DNA of 64,000 nucleotides from Acidimicrobiia bacterium (GTDB lineage Bacteria; Actinomycetota; Acidimicrobiia; Spongiisociales; UBA5794): NCBI GenBank assembly GCA_041611095.1, contig JBFINP010000004.1, positions 4,065 to 68,064 of the forward strand, read 5' to 3'. Shown piece by piece: positions 58,262 to 64,000 of this stretch (position 1 is its first letter; each line of letters starts with the position of its first letter). The notes under the pieces were generated by a model. It saw only the letters and a program-made list of their open reading frames with translations, ran no database searches and was not told where the DNA came from. The position numbers and the translations under genes were made by a program.

Positions 58262-59309
58262 CGGCGGCATAGGCAGGGCGCACGACCTCGTCGCGAATCC
58301 TGCGCCGGACGGTCCAATCACCAAACCCGGCGTCGAGCGCCGCCACGGTGACCTGTTCGAGGTCGCGAAGGGTGAAGCGGTGCTGCTCCACGGCGATAGC
58401 GAACTCGTCCGTCATCGTGACGTCACTCATCAGCCGGTTGTCGGTGTTCAGGGTGACCACGAAGCCGGCGCGGTGGAGCGCACCCAGCGGGTGCGCGGCC
58501 GAGCTCGCCGCAATGCCGGTGTGGATGTTGGACGTCACGCAGATCTCGAGCGGAACCCGGTAGTCCCTTATGGTCCGCGCCAGCTCCCCGAAGGCGACGA
58601 TGTCATCTCCCCTCACCACGGTGTCTTCGATGATCCGCACGCCGTGCCCGATCCGCTGGGCATGGCAGCGGCCGAAGGCCCGCCAGATGCTCTGGGGACC
58701 GTCACCTTCGCCGGCGTGGATGGTCAGACCGAGTCCGGACTCGCGCACGAGTCGGCATTCGGCGAGGTGGGCGTCGGGAGGATGGCCACGCTCGGGCCCG
58801 GACAGATCGAAGGCGACGACCCCATCGTGGAGGTATCTGACGGCGGCGCGGGCCACGGCGTCGGAATCGCGGTCCTGGCGCAGCGCGTCGATGATGACGC
58901 CGTACTCGACTCCGGTGTCACGGCGGCCGCGGCGCATCCCGTCGAGCACGGCTTCGATAACGGCTTCGAGCCCCAACCCCATCATCGTGTGGAGGGCCGG
59001 GGCAAACCGGATCTCGGCGTATTTGACACGCTGGGCGGCATGGTCGGCAAGGCACTCGTAGGCGATGCGCGACAGAGCCTCGGGCGTCTGCATCACGGCC
59101 ACCGTGTGATCGAATGCCTGGAGGTACGTCTCGAGCGACCCGGACTCACCCTGATGGAACCACTTGCGCAGCTCGTCGGGGTCGGTGGACGGGAGACGGT
59201 CGTAACCGTGGATGTCTGCGAGCTCCAGCAGCGTGTCGATCCGAAGGCCACCGTCGAGGTGATCGTGGAGGACGGCCTTGGGCAGGGAGGAGAGCACGTT
59301 GCGGTCCAT
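58248..59309 (-). CDS. add: adenosine deaminase
   Basis: LPKAVLHDHLDGGLR, HAGE and TLNTDNRLMS motifs. ATG at 59309; the longer ORF is an artifact. Confidence 0.92.
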   Translation of the reverse strand: MDRNVLSSLPKAVLHDHLDGGLRIDTLLELADIHGYDRLPSTDPDELRKWFHQGESGSLETYLQAFDHTVAVMQTPEALSRIAYECLADHAAQRVKYAEIRFAPALHTMMGLGLEAVIEAVLDGMRRGRRDTGVEYGVIIDALRQDRDSDAVARAAVRYLHDGVVAFDLSGPERGHPPDAHLAECRLVRESGLGLTIHAGEGDGPQSIWRAFGRCHAQRIGHGVRIIEDTVVRGDDIVAFGELARTIRDYRVPLEICVTSNIHTGIAASSAAHPLGALHRAGFVVTLNTDNRLMSDVTMTDEFAIAVEQHRFTLRDLEQVTVAALDAGFGDWTVRRRIRDEVVRPAYAAVTGG

Positions 59310-59354
59310 GGGGCGAGAATAGAGGCGCGTCGGTGAGTTGCGGCGGAGGGTCGT

Positions 59355-60524
59355 GTGTCGGTCCTTCGGATCGGGGGTGACTGCCGGTACGCTCCGGCCG
59401 TGAGCGAGTCCGAGACTCACGAGCCGCGCGCTCCAGGATTCTTCGATGCGGCCCACGGCATGCCGATCTGGGTGCCGAGGTTGCTGTGGCAGATCGCCGC
59501 CATCGTGGTGCTCATGTGGGCTGGCTTCCACGTCGCACGAGCACTGCGCGGTTTCCTCATCCTCGTGCTCATCAGTTTCTTCTTGTCCATCGCCCTCGAG
59601 CCCGCCGTGGCGTACCTCAGCAAGCGCGGGTGGCGGCGTGGAGTCGCCACCGGCGTGATCTTCGTGCTTTCCATCCAGATCGTCCTGCTCTTCGTCGCCC
59701 TGATGGTCCCTCTCGTCGTGGAGCAGACCCGGCGCCTCGTCGACTCGGTGCCGGGTTACGTGGACCAGGTCAACGACCTGCTGGCGCCGATCGACGTCGA
59801 GCTGTCCACCGATCGCATCGTCGACTCTCTCACGTCGGTCGACAGCTCGATGCAGAACCTGGCGACCGACCTCGGCGGGACCCTCCTGGGCGTCGGATCG
59901 CGTCTGCTCAGCACGATCCTGCAGCTGCTCACGGTTTCGCTGTTCACGTTCTACTTCACCGCCGATGCGCAACGGATCCGCCGTGCGGTGCTCCGGGCGT
60001 TCCCGCCTGCCCGCCAGCGCATGCTGCTCGAGATCCAGGAGATCGCGATCGACAAGACCGGCGGCTACATCTATTCACGCCTGGTCCTCGCTGCGGTCGC
60101 CGCCGCGGTGACATGGGTCGCACTGCGAATGATCGGTGTCCCGTTCGCCCTACCGCTGGCGATCTGGGTAGGGGTGCTGAGCCAGTTCGTTCCCGTTGTC
60201 GGCACGTACATCGGCGGTGCGCTGCCGGTCCTCATCGCCCTGCTGGAGAGCCCTGCCAAAGGGCTGTGGGTCATCGTCTTCATCGTGGTGTACCAGCAGT
60301 TCGAGAACTACGTCGTCGGCCCCCACATCACCCAGCGAACGATGTCACTCCATCCCGCGGTCGCATTCGGGTCCGCCGTCGTCGGGGCCACGCTGATGGG
60401 ACTGCCTGGTGCGCTGATGGCACTGCCGGTCGCCGCAACGGTTCAGGCCTGGGTATCGACGTACACCCACCGGCACGAGGTCATCGAGCCGGCGATACTC
60501 GAGGCCGTCGAGGCAGAGGACTGA
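59355..60524 (+). CDS. AI-2E (PerM/UPF0118) family transporter
   Basis: About 8 TM segments. C-terminal VGPHITQRTMSLHPAVAFGSAVVGATLMGLPGALMALPVAA. Start uncertain. Confidence 0.8.
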   Translation: MSVLRIGGDCRYAPAVSESETHEPRAPGFFDAAHGMPIWVPRLLWQIAAIVVLMWAGFHVARALRGFLILVLISFFLSIALEPAVAYLSKRGWRRGVATGVIFVLSIQIVLLFVALMVPLVVEQTRRLVDSVPGYVDQVNDLLAPIDVELSTDRIVDSLTSVDSSMQNLATDLGGTLLGVGSRLLSTILQLLTVSLFTFYFTADAQRIRRAVLRAFPPARQRMLLEIQEIAIDKTGGYIYSRLVLAAVAAAVTWVALRMIGVPFALPLAIWVGVLSQFVPVVGTYIGGALPVLIALLESPAKGLWVIVFIVVYQQFENYVVGPHITQRTMSLHPAVAFGSAVVGATLMGLPGALMALPVAATVQAWVSTYTHRHEVIEPAILEAVEAED

Positions 60525-60530
60525 CCGGAG

Positions 60531-61160
60531 TCAGCCCCGCAGCTTCGGGTTCAGTGTGAACGTCCCCGTGGTGGACGCCTGGTCGAGCACGTGGCCGTGG
60601 ATCGCATCGCGAACCTGGCGTCCCGTGAACGAGCCGTGCACGGGCACCCGATCGAGGTCGAGGGCGTACAACGTGAAGGTGTACCGGTGGACTCTGGCAT
60701 CGTTCCACGGAGGGCACGGGCCGTCGTAACCGTGGTAGTCGCCCTCCATCGCCGGATCCCCGGAGAACCATCCGGTGTAGTCGTTCGAGCCTTGGCGCGT
60801 CCCCATAGGACCGATGTCGGCCGGCTTGCCGCGCTCGACGACGTTCTCCGCAAAGGCTCCCGCCTCGATCTCCCGCGTGCTGCCGGGGATGTCTACGACC
60901 ACCCAGTGGAAGAACTCCCCCCGAGGGAGGTCGGCGGGGACTTCGCGGTCGGCTTGGTTGACGTCGTCGGGCACGGTCGGGGCGTCGTCGTCGCTGCAGA
61001 TGAGGGCGAATGACCTCGTGCCCTCGGGTACCTCGGTCCACGCCAGGTGGGGATTCCGGTTCGGGCCGAACGTCGCATGGGTATCGGGATCGGGCACGCA
61101 GAACGCGAAGTCGTCGGGGATCGCAGATCCGTCCGTGAAACTCGAGCTGGTCAGCTGCAT
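60531..61160 (-). CDS. YbhB/YbcL-family PEBP (Raf-kinase-inhibitor-like) protein
   Basis: NPHLAWTEVPEGTRSFALIC ... HRYTFTLYALD. ATG at 61160 preceded by GGAGGTG. Confidence 0.85.
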   Translation of the reverse strand: MQLTSSSFTDGSAIPDDFAFCVPDPDTHATFGPNRNPHLAWTEVPEGTRSFALICSDDDAPTVPDDVNQADREVPADLPRGEFFHWVVVDIPGSTREIEAGAFAENVVERGKPADIGPMGTRQGSNDYTGWFSGDPAMEGDYHGYDGPCPPWNDARVHRYTFTLYALDLDRVPVHGSFTGRQVRDAIHGHVLDQASTTGTFTLNPKLRG

Positions 61161-61253
61161 CGGGTCACCTCCGGTCGCCGAGCCTAGGAAGGTCGATCTC
61201 GTGGTGCGCAATCGGCGCCGTGGTCGAGTGGGGAAGGTGCCAGACTGGCGGCT

Positions 61254-61805
61254 ATGGGCGAGAGCTTGGCCGGCAAGCTGCTGGTGGCGACACCCGATCT
61301 GTTGGATGGGAACTTCTTCCGAACCGTGGTGCTCGTGATCGAGCACGACGACGTCGAAGGTGCCGTCGGCCTCGTGCTCAACCGGCGCAGCGACGCCATG
61401 GTGGCGGACTACCTGCCCGACTGGGCGTCTGCGATGGAGGAGCCGGCCCTCGTCCACATCGGCGGGCCGGTCACACCCGAGGTGGCAATCGGCCTCGCCG
61501 AGGCGCCTCGAGAGGTGCCTGAGGGATGGCGTCCCGTGCTGGGTGGGATAGGGATCATCGATCTCAGCGCCCATCCCGACACGTTCGGTGGCCTGTCGCG
61601 GGTGCGAGTGTTCGCAGGGTATTCCGGCTGGGAGGTCGGTCAGCTGGAGGCGGAGCTCGTCCTCCGGTCTTGGTTCGTTCTCGAGGCGCATCCCGACGAC
61701 GCCTTCTGCAACGAGCCGGAGACGCTGTGGCGGAGCGTGCTTCGTCGCCAACCGGGAACGCTGGCGTGGTACGCCAACTACCCGATCGACCCGCTCCTCA
61801 ACTGA
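61254..61805 (+). CDS. YqgE/AlgH-family protein (UPF0301)
   Basis: GKLLVATPDLLDGNFFRTVVLVIEHDDVEGAVGLVLNR. Confidence 0.85.
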   Translation: MGESLAGKLLVATPDLLDGNFFRTVVLVIEHDDVEGAVGLVLNRRSDAMVADYLPDWASAMEEPALVHIGGPVTPEVAIGLAEAPREVPEGWRPVLGGIGIIDLSAHPDTFGGLSRVRVFAGYSGWEVGQLEAELVLRSWFVLEAHPDDAFCNEPETLWRSVLRRQPGTLAWYANYPIDPLLN

Positions 61806-61844
61806 GCCATCCGGTCATCGTCCGCCATCGCCTTTCCCCCTAAC

Positions 61845-62555
61845 GTGAAGACCATGACGAGCACGGTTCCCAAGCTACGCCGGGCGCTGCGCAGAGCGGT
61901 GCCCGGCCTGCACGTGGAGCGGGAGCTGTGGGAGCGCGACGTGCGGTGGGTGGTCGGCGTCGACGAGGTGGGAAGGGGCGCCTGGGCCGGCCCTATCAGC
62001 GTCGGAGCTGCGGTGATCCCGCGGGATCGCCGTGTCTACAAGATCCGCGACAGCAAGATGCTCACCGAGGCCGAGCGCGAGGCCTTGTTCGAGCGGATCG
62101 CCGATTGGTGCACGGCGTGGGCGGTGGGGCATGCGAGCCACGATGAGTGCGACGAGCTCGGGATGTCCGACGCCCAACGTCTGGCCGCCGCTCGCGCCAT
62201 CGCGCAGCTGGGAGTCACGCCGGAGCATGTGCTCGTCGACGGCAACTGGGACTTCGTGGGCGTGGGCACCACGCATCGCCTAGTGAAGGGTGACCAGCGA
62301 TCCGTGTCGATCTCGGCGGCATCCATCCTGGCCAAGGTGACGCGAGACCGGCAGATGCGGATCGAGGCCGAGCACTACCCGCCCTACGCCTTCGAGTTCA
62401 ACAAGGGCTACCCGGGCCCTCGGCACAAAGCGGCTCTCCAATACCTCGGGCCTTCGTCGATCCACCGCCGCAGCTGGGCGTTCATGGACTCGTTGCCGTG
62501 GACGGGCGTTCCTCGCCTCGTTCGTCCTGATCCTCAGGGAACGCTGTTCGACTGA
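61845..62555 (+). CDS. rnhB: ribonuclease HII
   Basis: VVGVDEVGRGAWAGPISVGAAV and DSKMLTEAERE motifs. Confidence 0.9.
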   Translation: MKTMTSTVPKLRRALRRAVPGLHVERELWERDVRWVVGVDEVGRGAWAGPISVGAAVIPRDRRVYKIRDSKMLTEAEREALFERIADWCTAWAVGHASHDECDELGMSDAQRLAAARAIAQLGVTPEHVLVDGNWDFVGVGTTHRLVKGDQRSVSISAASILAKVTRDRQMRIEAEHYPPYAFEFNKGYPGPRHKAALQYLGPSSIHRRSWAFMDSLPWTGVPRLVRPDPQGTLFD

Positions 62556-62636
62556 GCACGCCGGCACCGAGGCTGAAGGCGTAGGGTCGGAGGAACGGGC
62601 GTCTCCGACGCCGTCGTTCCCGAAGGAGGTACCCAG

Positions 62637-63014
62637 ATGTCCGACCATCCGAATGCTGCGCGGTATCGCGAAATGAGTACGGCGGTGAGCGGGGGCGATC
62701 TCGAAGCATTCGCCGCTGCGGTTGCCGAGGACGTGACGTGGTGGGAGATCGGCGCGGACGAGCCCATCCGCGGCAGACAGGCGCTGATGGAACGGTTCCA
62801 GAGCCTCAGCGATTTCGAGATCTCGGGTGACCTGCACGACGTGGTTGCCAACGACGACCACCTCATCGCCTTGCTCGATGCGACGGCACGGCGAGGTGGC
62901 GAGACGCTCTCGTATCGAGTCGCGGAGATCTACCACGTCGATGCCGATGGACGAGTCACGGAGCGCTGGGCGTTCTCCGACGACACGAAGGCCATCACCG
63001 ACTTCTTCGGCTGA
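62637..63014 (+). CDS. SnoaL-like / NTF2-family protein
   Basis: 125 aa with the typical alpha+beta cone pattern (FAAAVAEDVTWWEIG ... RVTERWAFSD). ATG preceded by GAAGGAGG. Confidence 0.7.
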   Translation: MSDHPNAARYREMSTAVSGGDLEAFAAAVAEDVTWWEIGADEPIRGRQALMERFQSLSDFEISGDLHDVVANDDHLIALLDATARRGGETLSYRVAEIYHVDADGRVTERWAFSDDTKAITDFFG

Positions 63015-63044
63015 TCGGACTACGTCACACGTTCGGAGCGGCGA

Positions 63045-64000
63045 TCAGTCGAAGACGTCTGCAAAGTCATGGGAGAACACGGCGAAGCCGCCACCTGTGT
63101 GCCAGAACACGACGGACTCGCCGGGCCGGAATCGGCCCTTGTCGATTTCGCGCCGTAGCCCGACGATGGCCTTCCCCGTGTATGTCGGATCGAAGATCAG
63201 CCCGGTGAGCGCCGTCGCCTCGGCCTGGACACGCAGCTCATCGTCGGTGGTGAGCCCGTACCCACACCCGACGTGCTCGTCGGTCAGTTCGAGGGAAGGC
63301 CTGGGCAAGGGCCCCCCGTAGGCGGCAACGGCCTCCGCCCAGATCCGCTCTATGCGGCCCCGCATGTCGGGCACCGTGTCTCCGATGGACGCACCGACCA
63401 CCGGGACGTCGAGGCCCATCCGATCCGCCGCCCAACCGAGACCGGCGGTCGTGCCCCCCGACGACGCCGGATGCCACACGGCGGCGACGTCGCCGACGCC
63501 GGCGAGCTGCGCGTCGAGCTCGGACATCGCCGTCACGAAGCCCCACATGCCAAGGGCATCCGATGCACCCTCGGGGATGATCCACGGGCTGCTTCCCCGA
63601 TCGGCGAGCTCGGCGGCGACAGCGGTAAGGACCTCGTCGCGGTGGTCGTACTCCTCGGGTGTGACGAACCGGACCTCGGCGCCGGCGAGACGGTCGAGGA
63701 GGTGGTTGCCCTCGAGGTTTTGTGGTGCTCGCCCGTCGGGCGTGCGGAGCACGAGCACCGTGCGAAACCCGGTTTGCGCCGCCGCCAGCGCGGTGGCGCG
63801 ACAGTGGTTGGACTGGGCGGCACCGGTGGTGACCAAGGTGTCGGCCCCCGCATCCTGTGCGGCGGCAAGATGGAACTCGAGCTTGCGCACCTTGTTGCCC
63901 GACAGCCCGAAGCCCGTGAGATCGTCACGCTTGACCCAGATCGACGGGCCACCCCATGAGTCGGTGAGCCGGTCGAGCCGCTCCAGCGGCGTCGGAAGAC
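63045..64000 (-). CDS. PLP-dependent ACC deaminase / D-cysteine desulfhydrase family enzyme; N-terminus outside the window
   Basis: KRDDLTGFGLSGNKVRKLEFHLAAAQDAGADTLVTTGAAQSNHCRATA. The reading frame stays open to the window edge. Confidence 0.85.
   Translation of the reverse strand, partial: LPTPLERLDRLTDSWGGPSIWVKRDDLTGFGLSGNKVRKLEFHLAAAQDAGADTLVTTGAAQSNHCRATALAAAQTGFRTVLVLRTPDGRAPQNLEGNHLLDRLAGAEVRFVTPEEYDHRDEVLTAVAAELADRGSSPWIIPEGASDALGMWGFVTAMSELDAQLAGVGDVAAVWHPASSGGTTAGLGWAADRMGLDVPVVGASIGDTVPDMRGRIERIWAEAVAAYGGPLPRPSLELTDEHVGCGYGLTTDDELRVQAEATALTGLIFDPTYTGKAIVGLRREIDKGRFRPGESVVFWHTGGGFAVFSHDFADVFD

Noticed and set aside
60549-60561. Palindrome GTTCAGTGTGAAC near the convergent ends of the AI-2E transporter and PEBP genes.
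   Set aside because: It lies inside the PEBP coding sequence, is short (5-bp arms) and has no obvious regulatory context.

Overview
High-GC (roughly two-thirds G+C by eye) chromosomal segment with Actinomycetota gene order, possibly Acidimicrobiia-like, though I cannot confirm taxonomy without a search. Genes are tightly packed and often share 1-4 nt start/stop overlaps. Positions 1-35.5 kb are conserved housekeeping synteny. They carry the complete Pup-proteasome locus (mpa 3' end, dop, pup, prcB, prcA, pafA, pafB, pafC), then tatA/B-tatC-helY. After that come lipid and cell-envelope enzymes, serB, tlyA-nadK-recN-pyrG-nudix-xerD, scpA-scpB-rluB-aroA-cmk, ispH, a DUF512 protein, der and an acyl-CoA carboxyltransferase, ending at tRNA-Pro(GGG). 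Positions 35.6-49.5 kb, downstream of the tRNA, look accessory: an epoxide hydrolase, an SRPBCC protein, several hypotheticals, secreted proteins, a GNAT, a malic enzyme and an EEP phosphoesterase. Two items stand out there. (1) A 1453-aa SARP-type regulator is fused to a cyclase-like domain, a P-loop NTPase, TPR repeats and a complete family-5 solute-binding-protein domain. Its divergent promoter region holds three 11-bp-phased direct repeats, and it faces a DUF4242 / His-rich secreted-protein operon. (2) A perfect Gram-positive-type LexA box (CGAAC-N4-GTTCG) lies inside a leaderless-looking promoter. That promoter drives an uncharacterised coiled-coil/Cys-His protein plus a 48-aa Shine-Dalgarno-preceded microprotein, and a roughly 550-nt unexplained gap precedes it. 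Positions 49.5-64 kb return to conserved synteny: pgsA-like, gcvH-garA-MerR, dacB-like, hpt, DUF151, MerR, gcvT, ppgK, add, rnhB and others. I saw no rRNA, CRISPR array, transposase or phage integrase. All family calls come from reading the translations by eye. No database search was run.
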